Of a stretch of DNA of 64,000 bases, positions 1-10,299 are shown in pieces. The first letter of the stretch is position 1; the number at the start of each line of letters is the position of its first letter. The stretch is from an uncultured Planctomycetales bacterium (GTDB lineage Bacteria; Omnitrophota; Gorgyraeia; Gygaellales; Profunditerraquicolaceae). Made by a program: the position numbers and the translations under genes. The notes below the pieces were generated by a model that saw only the letters and a program-made list of their open reading frames with translations, was not told where the DNA came from and made no database searches. The DNA lies in assembly GCA_964427405.1 (NCBI GenBank), contig CAYRUB010000004.1:4236-68235 (forward strand), read 5' to 3'.

Positions 1-470
1 GGATAACCGTGCTTTTCTTTTTCCCTTCCATTGACGGTTGTAGATGTCTTCTGCCCCAATAGCGTAGTCGGGGCCATCTGGCCTCCGGTCATCCCATAAA
101 CCGCGTTGTTGATAAAAACTACGGTCAGATTTTCTCCGCGGTTAGCCGCATGGATAGTCTCATTCGTGCCTATGGCAGCCAGGTCTCCATCCCCCTGATA
201 AGTAAAAACAATATTTTGCGGCCGCACCCTTTTTATGGCAGTAGCGACAGCCAGGGCCCGTCCATGCGCTGCCTCCGAACAATCAAATTTCCAATAATCA
301 TAAGCAACAACAGCACAACCCACCGGGGCTATGCCGATAGTTTTTTCTCTTATGCCTAACTCATCAACTACCTCCGCAACCAAGCGGTGGGCAATACCAT
401 GGCCGCAACCCGGGCAATAATGCGTGGATACATCATAGAGCGCTTCTGGATGAGCAAATATTTTTTCCAT
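1..470 (-). CDS. 2-oxoacid:ferredoxin oxidoreductase, beta (TPP-binding) subunit; 5' part only, gene continues past window start
   Basis: Reverse-strand translation from the ATG at 468-470 reads [31 protein letters not shown]..., the CPGCGHG thiamine-diphosphate motif typical of KorB/PorB. The start overlaps the alpha-subunit stop (TAATG). The six-frame track missed it because it runs off the window. Confidence 0.7.
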   Translation of the reverse strand, partial: MEKIFAHPEALYDVSTHYCPGCGHGIAHRLVAEVVDELGIREKTIGIAPVGCAVVAYDYWKFDCSEAAHGRALAVATAIKRVRPQNIVFTYQGDGDLAAIGTNETIHAANRGENLTVVFINNAVYGMTGGQMAPTTLLGQKTSTTVNGREKEKHGY

Positions 471-1519
471 TATATTAGTTTATTCACCCTATTGATAATC
501 TCTTCTTCGCTGGGTATCCCGCCGCCTGAGCGGCCGAGAAAATCCACCTGCGCAGAACCATTAACTGCCAGTCTTACATCTTCAACCATCTGGCCATAAG
601 ACATCTCCACTACCAAATATTTAACCTTCTTATTTCTTAACTGGAACGCTTTTTCCGGAAATGGCCATAGGCTGATAGGCCGGATTAACCCAACCTTTTT
701 ACCTGCAAGCCTCAATTGGCTAACCGCGCTTTTTGTAATACGCGCCATTGTTCCGTAAGCAACCAGAATAACTTTAGCGTCATTCAACAATAAGCCTTCG
801 TAACGCGTCTCTTTTTTCCTGATAACTTCATAATTCTTCTGAAGTTTAAGATTAAATTTTTCAAGATCACCTTCGCGCAGGAAAAACGACTTAACAATAT
901 TCGGCTCCCTGTCTTTACAACCGGTAAGCGCCCAGGGCCTTAGGGGGCTGGCGGTTATTTTTTTGGTAGACAACTTTACCGGCTCCATCATCTGGCCTAA
1001 AATTCCATCCCCTAAGATCATAACGGCAATGCGGTATTTATCCGCTAAATAAAAACCTGTTTGCGTCAAATCATACGCCTCTTGCACGCCTGCGGGAGCC
1101 AAGACTATCAAACGATAATCTCCGTGACCTCCGCCGCGCGTAGCCTGAAAATAATCCGATTGCGCAGGGGCAATATTGCCCAGGCCGGGCCCGCCGCGCA
1201 TAATATTCACGATTACCGCCGGCAGCCGAGAGCCGGAAATATAAGATATCCCCTCTTGTTTTAAACTTACGCCCGGGCTTGAAGAAGAAGTCATTGCCCG
1301 AGCCCCGGCAGCTGATGCCCCATAAACCATATTAATCGCCGCCAGCTCTGATTCAGCCTGGATAAAAACCCCCCCGGAGGCCGGCATATATTTAGCCATA
1401 TAAGCAATAAGCTCATTTTGCGGGGTAATCGGATAGCCGGCATAGAAATTACACCCTGCCCGGAGCGCACCCTCGGCAATTGCCTCATTACCAGAAATCA
1501 ATATTCTTTTTTTTAACAT
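470..1519 (-). CDS. 2-oxoacid:ferredoxin oxidoreductase alpha subunit (KorA/PorA-like); substrate not inferable
   Basis: 349 aa with the N-terminal POR-family motifs ([24 protein letters not shown]..., [23 protein letters not shown]). Flanked by a ferredoxin delta subunit and the TPP beta subunit. Confidence 0.8.
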   Translation of the reverse strand: MLKKRILISGNEAIAEGALRAGCNFYAGYPITPQNELIAYMAKYMPASGGVFIQAESELAAINMVYGASAAGARAMTSSSSPGVSLKQEGISYISGSRLPAVIVNIMRGGPGLGNIAPAQSDYFQATRGGGHGDYRLIVLAPAGVQEAYDLTQTGFYLADKYRIAVMILGDGILGQMMEPVKLSTKKITASPLRPWALTGCKDREPNIVKSFFLREGDLEKFNLKLQKNYEVIRKKETRYEGLLLNDAKVILVAYGTMARITKSAVSQLRLAGKKVGLIRPISLWPFPEKAFQLRNKKVKYLVVEMSYGQMVEDVRLAVNGSAQVDFLGRSGGGIPSEEEIINRVNKLI

Positions 1520-1521
1520 AC

Positions 1522-1725
1522 CTATTTATACACCTCAATACAACAATCCGGGCAGATCAGAGCGCACTGCATACAACCAATGCATTCACCCGCTAGATCA
1601 AACTCAACGAAGTTTAAACCCCGCTTATTTAATTTTGCGCTTTTTTTAATCAGGCCCTTCGGACAAAAACTCATACATAAAAAACAACCCTTGCATTTAT
1701 CCTGATTGATTATAATTTTAGCCAT
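1522..1725 (-). CDS. 4Fe-4S dicluster ferredoxin (delta subunit of the oxidoreductase)
   Basis: 67 aa with two CxxCxxCxxxCP motifs (CKGCFLCMSFCP; CIGCMQCALICP). 3-nt gap to the alpha subunit. Confidence 0.75.
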   Translation of the reverse strand: MAKIIINQDKCKGCFLCMSFCPKGLIKKSAKLNKRGLNFVEFDLAGECIGCMQCALICPDCCIEVYK

Positions 1726-3583
1726 TATTTTTTAGCGCCTGGCGGATATTTTCGGCAATCCCCAGGGCGGTTAATCCATGCTTTTCTAAAAGCAAATCTC
1801 TTGATCCGTGCGGGATGAATTCAGATGGCAAACCAAGACGTAATACCTGCCTATCTAATTCCTGAGCAACAGCGCTGCCAAAACCTGCATCCCTGACCCC
1901 TTCTTCTAAAGTAAAGATTAATTTTGTCTTAACGCAAACACTTTTCATTAACGCAATATCTAAAGGCGCAACAAACCGGGCATTAATTAAACTGCCGGTT
2001 ACCCCCTCGTTTTTTAATAACTCAATGGCTTCTTGGGCAATCAAGACCATACTACCTAAAGCAATAATTGTGAAATCCTTGCCCTCTTTAATTAATTCTG
2101 CTTTGCCTAATTTCAATGGCTGCGGTAAATCGCTGCTTAAAGAGGTATTAGCGCGGGGATATCTTATGGCTACCGGCTTATCCAATCGCACGGCAAACTC
2201 CAACATTGCCTCAAGCTCCCGACCGTCTTTTGGCGCCATAATCACTAAATTCGGAACGCTCTTTAAATAAGCAATATCAAATATGCCCTGATGCGTAACT
2301 CCATCTTCTCCTACAATCCCCGCCCGGTCAATAGCAAATATTACGGGCAACTCCTGCAATGAAACCTCTTGGATAATCTGATCATATGCGCGCTGCAGAA
2401 ATGTAGAATACACAGCTACCACTGGTTTAAATCCTTGCCTGGCAAGCCCAGCCGCAAAACAAACCGCATGAGCCTCGGCGATCCCTACATCAAAAAATCT
2501 TTCCGGAAAACTATCGCGGAATTTATTAAGGCCGGTCCCTTCCGGCATAGCCGCAGTTATCGCCAGAATCCGGCTATCTTTATACGCCAGCTCCACTATT
2601 TTATCACGGAATATCTCTGTATAGCTTTTTAAATCGGGTGAAGATTTCTTAGGCATAGCCTCCCCGGTATTTATATCAAAACAACTGACACCATGGAATC
2701 TTACAGGGTCTTCTTCGGCAAAAGAACAACCCTTGCCTTTTTTAGTAACCACGTGTAAAAGCCGGGGCCCCTTAATGTTGATAATATTCTTTAAAGTATG
2801 TATTAATGCCCCCAGGTCATGCCCGTCAATAGGACCAAAGTAACGGAATCCCAATTCTTCAAAAAGCATCCCGGGAACAAATAACCCTTTTAACCCTTCT
2901 TCAAATTTAGCCATAAGCTTTATCAGGCGGCTTCCGCGGGGGACACGAGCGGTCAAGAAATTCACCAAGTTATCATGAAAACGGTTGTAAACCGGCAAAG
3001 AAATAATCTTATTCAGGTAATTGCTAATTGCCCCCACATTAGGCGCGATACTCAGTTCATTGGTATTTAAGATTACTAAGATATCTTTTTTCAGGTGGCC
3101 GGTGTTATTCAAACCTTCAAAACAAAGTCCGCCACTTAGCGATCCGTCACCGATTACGCAGACAACTTTAAACTGCTCTTCTTTGGGCAAAAGATCCCTG
3201 GCACAGGCAAGGCCTAACCCCAAAGAAACAGCATTTGAGCTATGGCCCGTAGTAAAAGGGTCATAAATTGATTCATCCTTAGAAGGAAAACCACTTAGCC
3301 CCTGATACTGCCTAAGCGTAGGAAACCTGCAATTACGGCCGGTTAATATTTTATGCGCATACGCCTGATGCCCCACGTCAAAAATGATCTTATCTTTCGG
3401 AGTATTCAAGCAGTAATGCAGGGCAATAATCAAATCTACAGCCCCAAGGCTTGAGGCAAGATGGCCGCCGGTCCGGGAAACAACTTCAACTAATCTTGCG
3501 CGGACCTCCACAGCCAGAGAATCAAGTTCATCCGGGCTTAATCCTTTTAACTCTTGCGATGAGTTAATTCTTTCTAATATCAT
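1718..3583 (-). CDS. dxs: 1-deoxy-D-xylulose-5-phosphate synthase
   Basis: 621 aa. Transketolase-like TPP motifs GHLASSLGAVDL, GDGSLSGG and C-terminal transketolase domains. The end overlaps the ferredoxin gene by 8 nt. Confidence 0.9.
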   Translation of the reverse strand: MILERINSSQELKGLSPDELDSLAVEVRARLVEVVSRTGGHLASSLGAVDLIIALHYCLNTPKDKIIFDVGHQAYAHKILTGRNCRFPTLRQYQGLSGFPSKDESIYDPFTTGHSSNAVSLGLGLACARDLLPKEEQFKVVCVIGDGSLSGGLCFEGLNNTGHLKKDILVILNTNELSIAPNVGAISNYLNKIISLPVYNRFHDNLVNFLTARVPRGSRLIKLMAKFEEGLKGLFVPGMLFEELGFRYFGPIDGHDLGALIHTLKNIINIKGPRLLHVVTKKGKGCSFAEEDPVRFHGVSCFDINTGEAMPKKSSPDLKSYTEIFRDKIVELAYKDSRILAITAAMPEGTGLNKFRDSFPERFFDVGIAEAHAVCFAAGLARQGFKPVVAVYSTFLQRAYDQIIQEVSLQELPVIFAIDRAGIVGEDGVTHQGIFDIAYLKSVPNLVIMAPKDGRELEAMLEFAVRLDKPVAIRYPRANTSLSSDLPQPLKLGKAELIKEGKDFTIIALGSMVLIAQEAIELLKNEGVTGSLINARFVAPLDIALMKSVCVKTKLIFTLEEGVRDAGFGSAVAQELDRQVLRLGLPSEFIPHGSRDLLLEKHGLTALGIAENIRQALKNNG

Positions 3584-3585
3584 AT

Positions 3586-3828
3586 TTATTTATCTTCGGC
3601 TGCATCCATATCATCAAACTTCTCTAAAGAAAACTTCCCTTCCTTCTTCATCAACAACTCCACTTTACGCTGCGCATCGGCCAAAGTCAAAGAACAGGAT
3701 TGCGCAAGTTTTACCCCTTCCTCATATTTTTTAAGCGACTCGCCGAGGGTAAGCTTACCGCCTGAAAGATCCTCAACAATCTTCTGCAGCTTTTTTAAAT
3801 CCTCCTCAAACATCGGTTTTTCTTTCAT
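3586..3828 (-). CDS. xseB: exodeoxyribonuclease VII small subunit
   Basis: 80 aa; the FEEDLKKLQKIVEDLSGGKLTLGESLKKYEEGVKL pattern typical of XseB. Overlaps xseA. Confidence 0.85.
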   Translation of the reverse strand: MKEKPMFEEDLKKLQKIVEDLSGGKLTLGESLKKYEEGVKLAQSCSLTLADAQRKVELLMKKEGKFSLEKFDDMDAAEDK

Positions 3829-5080
3829 CTCTAAATACCTCCTGCACTAAACTCGTAAATGCACCTTTGTGTAAAACTGTTTTCAGTTGATCACCCTGTT
3901 TTATTTGGCCGACATCTTTAAGTATCGCGCCTTGAGGAACAAGCATGCTTAAGCTGTAACCACGCGACAAAATTGATAAAGGGCTTAATGTCCCCAGTCT
4001 CTGGATTAATGAACTGCTGCGTTCTTTTGCCAACTCCAGATAATGCCGTATATTATAATTTAATTCAGAAAATAATTCATCCACCTGTTGCTGTTTTTCT
4101 AACAAGCGGTCAGCCGGGCTTTTAAGCATATGCGTAAGAGCAACAAGCCTGTTTTCTAAATCACCCATTGTATCGTTAACGGAGAAATCCAGCCTGTGCC
4201 TGAAGTCAGCCAGTTCTGCAATGAGAGCATTTTTTCTGTCTACGATAATCTTTGCTGCTGCTGAAGGGGTTTCTACAAAAATATCCGCTGCCAAATCTGA
4301 AAGAGTAATGTTAATCTGATGCCCCACCGCCGAAACAACCGGAAGCCTGGAATTATAGATCGCCCGGGCAACGATCTCTTCGTTAAACGACCAGAGGTCT
4401 TCACTGCTGCCCCCTCCGCGGCTGACAATAATTAAATCGGTTTTAGCAAAAGAATTTAATTCCTCTACCCCCTCGGCGATTTCTCCGGCTGCATGCTCTC
4501 CCTGCACGCGTACAGAACGAATAACTACATCCACGCATGGCGCGCCTTTTTTCAAAATCTGCAGGATATCGCGTATTGCCGCGCCTTTATCCGAAGTAAC
4601 AATGCCGACAGAAAAAGGCATTAAGGGAAGTGGCTTCTTATGCGCTGGATCGAACAGGCCTTCCTGCTCCAGCTTTTTCTTCAACTGCTCAAATGCCAAC
4701 TGCTGGCTGCCTACGCCCTTAGGCTCTATTCTTTCAACAATAATTTTGTATTGGCCGCTCGGTCCGTAAACATCAATTTTCCCGAAACAAATGACTTTTA
4801 GGCCGTCCTCAAGTTTAAACTTTAAGCCTTTATTGGCATAAGCGAACATCGCCGCCCAGATCAAAGCATTCTGATCTTTCAATGAAAAATAAAAATGCCC
4901 GCTTGACGCAGCCTTGAAATTAGAAATCTCTCCTTCGAGCCAAACCTCTCCGATTTTTTCTTCAAGCAAACCCTTTATCGCTTGAGTTATTTCGGAAACG
5001 CTGTAAATATGTTTCTCTGGCCTGTGGCTTTGCCTATCAGAAGGCAAACCATGGTTCTCTAACCTATTTGTCTTTTGCAT
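3806..5080 (-). CDS. xseA: exodeoxyribonuclease VII large subunit
   Basis: 424 aa with an OB-fold N-terminus (EVWLEGEISNFK...) and the XseA catalytic region. Operon with xseB. Confidence 0.85.
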   Translation of the reverse strand: MQKTNRLENHGLPSDRQSHRPEKHIYSVSEITQAIKGLLEEKIGEVWLEGEISNFKAASSGHFYFSLKDQNALIWAAMFAYANKGLKFKLEDGLKVICFGKIDVYGPSGQYKIIVERIEPKGVGSQQLAFEQLKKKLEQEGLFDPAHKKPLPLMPFSVGIVTSDKGAAIRDILQILKKGAPCVDVVIRSVRVQGEHAAGEIAEGVEELNSFAKTDLIIVSRGGGSSEDLWSFNEEIVARAIYNSRLPVVSAVGHQINITLSDLAADIFVETPSAAAKIIVDRKNALIAELADFRHRLDFSVNDTMGDLENRLVALTHMLKSPADRLLEKQQQVDELFSELNYNIRHYLELAKERSSSLIQRLGTLSPLSILSRGYSLSMLVPQGAILKDVGQIKQGDQLKTVLHKGAFTSLVQEVFRDERKTDV

Positions 5081-6857
5081 CTTTTGCGGGTTCTCTAGCT
5101 GGCTCTTTAACAGATTCTTTTTCGGATTCCTTAGTAGTATCTGTTTTTATTTCAACGGGCGGCGGCAAAGGTTTCTTCTTAAAGACCAAAAGCTGGATCG
5201 AATAAGGGCTCATCTCCAATGTCTCAGTATATTCCTGGGTAAAATTCATTTCTTTTTCATCTTTAGCCTCAAAGTGGCAATCTCCGCTGCAGCTATTACT
5301 AATCAAATACCGGCTAAGTAAATATATATCTTTTGCGCCTTTAAGAGAAAGCCTTATTTTACGGTTAGTTGTTGAAAATCTTTTGGCTAAGCTATCTAAC
5401 TCTATAGCCCGGGTAAACATATCTTTGGCATTTGGCGAAAGCCGCAAAATAGACAGGTCAGTCTGGCCGGAAATAATTTTATCAATGCGGTCGCTTTTTA
5501 TAATACTCAAGACAGCCTTTCTTTCCGCGCTGCTTAAATAAACGATGTTGTCTGATAAATAATTCATCGCTAACATCGGGTCAATATAATTATAAATAAG
5601 CACGGCAAAATAATCCGGGGATTTCGTAGGAATCACACCGACAAACTCATCCTTTAATTTAAGCGGCAATAATTCGTTTCCCAGAAGGTTTAGCATACGC
5701 ATGGCATTATAACTTGCCTTAGCATACCCTTTGGATCCCGAACGCTCGGCGTCAAAATAAAAAACCCCGAGATTCCTGGTTACCTTCTCTTTATTGCCTG
5801 CGAAGTCTTCAAGGCAAAAATACGTTTGATAGTCTACTCCTGCTTCCTGCATGTTTTTTATTCGCGCCGGGATATAACTGGCTGTAATATAGGCATCCTT
5901 GCCTCTTTTGGGAGACATATTGGAGAAGGCGTCAAAATTCCACTCGTCGATGATTAAAGGCAGGGTATCTTGAAAATTAAAATAACTTAGCCATTCACGG
6001 ATAAGCCTGGTAAAAGGCTTGTTGTAAATGGTTTCCTGTTTTTCAAGCGCCGGGTCAGAAGAATACGCATGCCATGATATAAAATCCAGAGGCAGTTTAT
6101 AATTAGAACAGTATTTTATCAATTCATAAATCAAGCTGCGTTCGGGAAAAAGAATGCTATTAGTTCCGATGTTCGCAAACCAAGAGCTTGTTGAAGGACC
6201 GCCTAAAGGAATATGCATCTTAGACTCTTGACGTAACTCTTTTACTGCCTCAGCAACAACGCGGTAGAGGGCGAAATACTCAGACTTTTCGCCTAAGAAA
6301 AAATCTTCCAAGTCAGGGGCATTCCAGACTTCATACCAGATATTATATTTTTTATTGCAGCTTAATTTGCGTATGGTATCTTTAACCAGCTCTTTATACG
6401 CCATTAAATTATGCACAGAGCTATTTTTATCAAGCACCCTGCCTAAACCGAAAGGAGTGCCGAATAAATCAAGAATTACTGTCCCTCCGCTATCGCTGAT
6501 CTTCTTAATAATCTCTTCATAGTTCTCCAAAAGCTTGGTTTGAGCAGGCTCATCCTTGGCCAGTTGGGCAATCTCCCAGAGATTATATTGGATGCGGTAG
6601 AAACAACCAAAGCCTAAATCCTTTTGCCAGATATCCAGGACATCTTTGGCAGCCAGTATTTGCGGCCAGCTTATATCACGATGTGCTCCCCTGCCGCTTA
6701 AATCAATATTTGGTTTATATATCTTCGGAAGAGGTATTGCGGAAGAGCTTAGGTCTAAATTTAATTCTAACTCGTCTGATGTTTGAGCAAAACAAACCGT
6801 AATACAGAAAAATGGCAAGAAAATTAAGAATAATAAAGCTACCTGCTTTTTATTCAC
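5064..6857 (-). CDS. secreted TIM-barrel glycoside-hydrolase-like protein with K/E-rich C-terminal tail; function uncertain
   Basis: Signal peptide MNKKQVALLFLIFLPFFCITVCFA. Internal YEVWNAPDLEDFF and PLIIDEWNFD segments resemble the acid/base (WNEP) and nucleophile strands of clan GH-A hydrolases, but with Ala where the acid/base Glu would sit. C-terminus is PPPVEIKTDTTKESEKESVKEPAREPAKDAKDK. Confidence 0.35.
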   Translation of the reverse strand: MNKKQVALLFLIFLPFFCITVCFAQTSDELELNLDLSSSAIPLPKIYKPNIDLSGRGAHRDISWPQILAAKDVLDIWQKDLGFGCFYRIQYNLWEIAQLAKDEPAQTKLLENYEEIIKKISDSGGTVILDLFGTPFGLGRVLDKNSSVHNLMAYKELVKDTIRKLSCNKKYNIWYEVWNAPDLEDFFLGEKSEYFALYRVVAEAVKELRQESKMHIPLGGPSTSSWFANIGTNSILFPERSLIYELIKYCSNYKLPLDFISWHAYSSDPALEKQETIYNKPFTRLIREWLSYFNFQDTLPLIIDEWNFDAFSNMSPKRGKDAYITASYIPARIKNMQEAGVDYQTYFCLEDFAGNKEKVTRNLGVFYFDAERSGSKGYAKASYNAMRMLNLLGNELLPLKLKDEFVGVIPTKSPDYFAVLIYNYIDPMLAMNYLSDNIVYLSSAERKAVLSIIKSDRIDKIISGQTDLSILRLSPNAKDMFTRAIELDSLAKRFSTTNRKIRLSLKGAKDIYLLSRYLISNSCSGDCHFEAKDEKEMNFTQEYTETLEMSPYSIQLLVFKKKPLPPPVEIKTDTTKESEKESVKEPAREPAKDAKDK

Positions 6858-6881
6858 CTAAATTTCCCTTCTTATGCTAGT

Positions 6882-7661
6882 CTAAAGTTTCTTCTGTACT
6901 CTTAAAATCGAACGCGCCTTGCCGGTTACTTCATCTATATCCACAAGCGCGCCATGCAATTGGATATTATCTTGCGCAACTTCAAATTTAACCGGAATAG
7001 AGCTTAAGAAACGAGTAAGCACATCTTCTACTCTTCTACCAATTACTGAATCATAGGGGCCGGTCATGCCTACATCAGTTATATAGGCAGAGCCTTTGGG
7101 TAGGATTTTTTCGTCAGCAGTCTGAATATGCGTATGCGTGCCCAAAACAGCAGAAACTTTGCCATCCAGATACCAGCCTAACGCTATCTTTTCAGAAGTC
7201 GCTTCTGCATGAATATCTACTATAATAATTTTAGTTTCTTTCGCCAGTTCTTCGACAGCTTTTAATGCCGTTCTGAAAGGACAATCCAGGGCCTCCATAA
7301 AAACCCGGCCATTAACATTAATTACCCCGATCTTAAGCCCGGTCTTGGATTTAAATACTGCTGCCCCCCGGCCAGGAGCTCCACTGGGGAAATTCAAAGG
7401 CCGCAGGATCCTTTCTTCCTGGTTAATCAATTCAAAAATCTCGCTCTTTTTCCAGATATGATCTCCAGAGGTAAGCACGTCCACCCCGGCAGCAAAAAGC
7501 TCTATGGCAACCCTTTGAGTGATACCCGAGCCGCCGGAAGCATTCTCCGCGTTAGCAATCACAAAATCTAACGCATACTCCTGCTTAAGGGGAGCAACTA
7601 ATTTCTTAATTGCCTCTCTCCCCGGGCTACCGACAATATCTCCAATAAAAAGTATTTTCAT
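6882..7661 (-). CDS. ymdB: YmdB-family metallophosphoesterase (2',3'-cNMP phosphodiesterase-like)
   Basis: 259 aa; MKILFIGDIVGSPGR... and GTHTHIQTADE motifs of the TIGR00282/YmdB family. Immediately downstream of rny, the conserved rny-ymdB pairing. Confidence 0.75.
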   Translation of the reverse strand: MKILFIGDIVGSPGREAIKKLVAPLKQEYALDFVIANAENASGGSGITQRVAIELFAAGVDVLTSGDHIWKKSEIFELINQEERILRPLNFPSGAPGRGAAVFKSKTGLKIGVINVNGRVFMEALDCPFRTALKAVEELAKETKIIIVDIHAEATSEKIALGWYLDGKVSAVLGTHTHIQTADEKILPKGSAYITDVGMTGPYDSVIGRRVEDVLTRFLSSIPVKFEVAQDNIQLHGALVDIDEVTGKARSILRVQKKL

Positions 7662-9218
7662 CTACTTAGCATACTCAATAGCGCGCATCTCGCGGATTAC
7701 CGTAACTTTGATTTGCCCCGGATACTCCATCCCCTCTTCAATCTTCTTGCGTATATCCCTGGCCATAGTAGTTGCATCATTATCATTTATTTTTTCCGGT
7801 TGTACAATTACGCGAATCTCACGGCCGGCCTGGATGGCAAAAGATTTCTCAACCCCTTTAAAAAGATTGGCAATTGACTCTAGCTTGTCCAAACGCTTGA
7901 CATATGTCTCAAGGGTCTCCCGCCTGGCTCCGGGACGGGCAGCACTAACTGCATCAGCAGCTATAGCTAAAACCGCGTACAAACTCTGTGGCACAGCTTC
8001 TTCATGATGTGATTCAATCGCCCCTACCACCTCCGCAGTTTCATTATATTTCTTCGCTAGATCAGCACCTAACTTGGCATGCGTGCCTTCAACTTGATGG
8101 TCTACTGCCTTGCCAATATCATGCAAAAGCCCAATTCTACGGCCCAGCTTAAAATCAAGCCCCAACTCCGAAGCCATTATCCCCAACAGGAAAGAAACTT
8201 CCTTGGAGTGCTGCAAAGCATTCTGGCCATAGCTAGTGCGGTACTTTAGCCGGCCCAAAAGTTTAATTATTTCAGGATGCAGGCCATTAACTCCCGCTTC
8301 AAAAGCCACCCGCTCCCCTTCCTCGCGGATCTTCTCATCCATCTCTTTTTTGGTCTTCTCTACAATCTCTTCAATGCGCCCAGGGTGGATCCTTCCGTCA
8401 GAAATAAGTTTTTCCAGGCTCAGGCGGGCGATCTCCCGGCGCACAGCATCAAATCCGGATAAGGTAACTGCCTCAGGAGTATCATCAATAATCACATCTA
8501 CCCCCGTAGCCATTTCTAAAGCGCGGATATTCCTGCCTTCCCGGCCGATAACCCGGCCTTTCATTTCATCATTAGGCAAAGTTACCACGCTTACGGTTGT
8601 CTCCACAGTATGCTCTGCTGCGCAACGCTGGATAGCCAGACTTAAAATCTCACGGGCTTTTTTATCCGCGGTGCTACGCACCTCTTCTTCCTGACGCCTG
8701 ATAAATACCGCTTTTTCATTATTTAATTCTTCATTAAGGCGGCCAAGCAAGATTTGCTTTGCCTCTTCAGCCGAAAGCGAAGAAATCTTCTGCAATCTTT
8801 CTTTTTCTTCGGCTACTAAAGCGTGCAATTGATTATCTTTTGATTTTAAAACTTCTTCCTGTTTCTTAAGATTATCGTTACGGCCATCAATCTCTTTTTC
8901 TTTTTTCTCTAAGAGATCCAGCCTGCGGTCAATATTCTCTTCTTTTTGCGTTAATCTCTTCTCAAGATTTACAATCTCTTGCTTGCGGTCTTTGGTCTCA
9001 TGCTCAAAATCCTGGCGCATGCGGTGCAAAAGATCCTTGGCTTCCAGCTCTGCTTCCCGGCGTTTATCCAGGACTTCTTTATTAGCTGCATCCAGGATAT
9101 GCTCGGCTTCGGCTTCGGCGCTTTTCAGCTTTTTCTCGGCAATATGTTTCCTTAAGAAATATCCGGAATATGTAGCAACCAAAGCAATAAATATTATTAT
9201 TACTATGTTAAGAATCAT
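7662..9218 (-). CDS. rny: ribonuclease Y
   Basis: 518 aa with an N-terminal TM helix, a long coiled coil, a KH domain ([15 protein letters not shown]) and an HD domain (LLHDIGK...H). Confidence 0.9.
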   Translation of the reverse strand: MILNIVIIIFIALVATYSGYFLRKHIAEKKLKSAEAEAEHILDAANKEVLDKRREAELEAKDLLHRMRQDFEHETKDRKQEIVNLEKRLTQKEENIDRRLDLLEKKEKEIDGRNDNLKKQEEVLKSKDNQLHALVAEEKERLQKISSLSAEEAKQILLGRLNEELNNEKAVFIRRQEEEVRSTADKKAREILSLAIQRCAAEHTVETTVSVVTLPNDEMKGRVIGREGRNIRALEMATGVDVIIDDTPEAVTLSGFDAVRREIARLSLEKLISDGRIHPGRIEEIVEKTKKEMDEKIREEGERVAFEAGVNGLHPEIIKLLGRLKYRTSYGQNALQHSKEVSFLLGIMASELGLDFKLGRRIGLLHDIGKAVDHQVEGTHAKLGADLAKKYNETAEVVGAIESHHEEAVPQSLYAVLAIAADAVSAARPGARRETLETYVKRLDKLESIANLFKGVEKSFAIQAGREIRVIVQPEKINDNDATTMARDIRKKIEEGMEYPGQIKVTVIREMRAIEYAK

Positions 9219-9264
9219 TTCTATCCTCCCAGTTAAGCTTGCTTATTAAACTTCTTACAGGAGA

Positions 9265-9810
9265 TTAGGAGAAGATAACTTGCTTGACGCTTACGTCGTA
9301 TTTAGTGGTAGGAATTAGGGGTAAGATTTGGAAATCAAAAGCCAGGCCTATGGAAGGCGTATTATTAGAAAGTGTGCTTAAGAAACGGTCATAGCAGCCC
9401 TTGCCGCGGCCAAGACGATTGCCCTTTTTATCAAAAGCCAGGCCCGGAACAACAATCAGATCCAAATCGTCCGGTTTAACCAATGCCTCTGATACAGGCT
9501 CTAAAACACCGTAAGGACCTTTTTTTAATTTAGAATGATCTTCTAATATAGCTGGCTGCATAGTTTCTCTATCTTTCCTGCAAACTGGCACACATATTAG
9601 CTTGCCTATTTTTTTGGCTTCCCTAATCATCTCTTCTGTATTTACTTCCCCACCAAAGGCGACGTAAAACATCACTATCTTTGCCTTTTTAAAAACCTTA
9701 TTCCTTAAAAGTTTATCTTGAATAACCCTACTTTTTCGGTTTCGGTCTTCCTCCTTCTGAGTTTTTAATGCTAAAAGAATTTTACTACGTATTTGGGCTT
9801 TTGTCAACAT
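9265..9810 (-). CDS. 5-formyltetrahydrofolate cyclo-ligase
   Basis: 181 aa; C-terminal GLAFDKKGNRLGRGKGCYDRFL is the MTHFS family signature. Confidence 0.75.
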   Translation of the reverse strand: MLTKAQIRSKILLALKTQKEEDRNRKSRVIQDKLLRNKVFKKAKIVMFYVAFGGEVNTEEMIREAKKIGKLICVPVCRKDRETMQPAILEDHSKLKKGPYGVLEPVSEALVKPDDLDLIVVPGLAFDKKGNRLGRGKGCYDRFLSTLSNNTPSIGLAFDFQILPLIPTTKYDVSVKQVIFS

Positions 9811-9818
9811 AGCTTGCC

Positions 9819-10256
9819 TTATAAACAGGTCTCCCCATCATGAGTATGGGCCTTCTCATCAAACGGAGCGACTTTACCTTGTTTCTTATAATAATCTTTT
9901 AAAGCTGAACGCAGGGCCTCTTCCGCCAAAACCGAACAGTGCATTTTTTTCGCCGGCAGTCCGCCTAAGGCCTCGGCAACTGCTTTATTGGTAATAGTTA
10001 ACGCTTCAGCAATAGTTTTCCCCTTAACCATCTCCGTAACCATGGAACTAGTGGCAACTGCCGCGCCACAACCAAAAGTCTTAAATTTTATATCTACAAT
10101 TATTTCATTTTCTATTTTTAAATACATCTTCATCACATCCCCGCAGACGGGATTTCCGACGGTACCGATACCGCTGGCATCAGGAATCTCTCCCACATTC
10201 CGGGGATTGGTAAAATGATCCATAACTTTTTCGCTGTAAGGAAGTTGCTCTGCCAT
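9819..10256 (-). CDS. iscU: Fe-S cluster assembly scaffold, NifU/IscU N-terminal-domain type
   Basis: 145 aa; FTNPRNVGEIPDASGIGTVGNPVCGDVMKMYLKIE...FKTFGCGAAVA...KMHCSVLAEEAL, with the three conserved Cys of the U-type scaffold. Confidence 0.8.
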   Translation of the reverse strand: MAEQLPYSEKVMDHFTNPRNVGEIPDASGIGTVGNPVCGDVMKMYLKIENEIIVDIKFKTFGCGAAVATSSMVTEMVKGKTIAEALTITNKAVAEALGGLPAKKMHCSVLAEEALRSALKDYYKKQGKVAPFDEKAHTHDGETCL

Positions 10257-10299
10257 ATTAAATGAGCGCTTAACTTACGAATACGTTAGTATGAGTAAG

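Noticed and set aside
150-599. Plus-strand ORFs 150..359 and 387..599
   Set aside because: They are antisense to the korB/korA coding region, which has strong protein-level similarity on the minus strand. Shadow ORFs.
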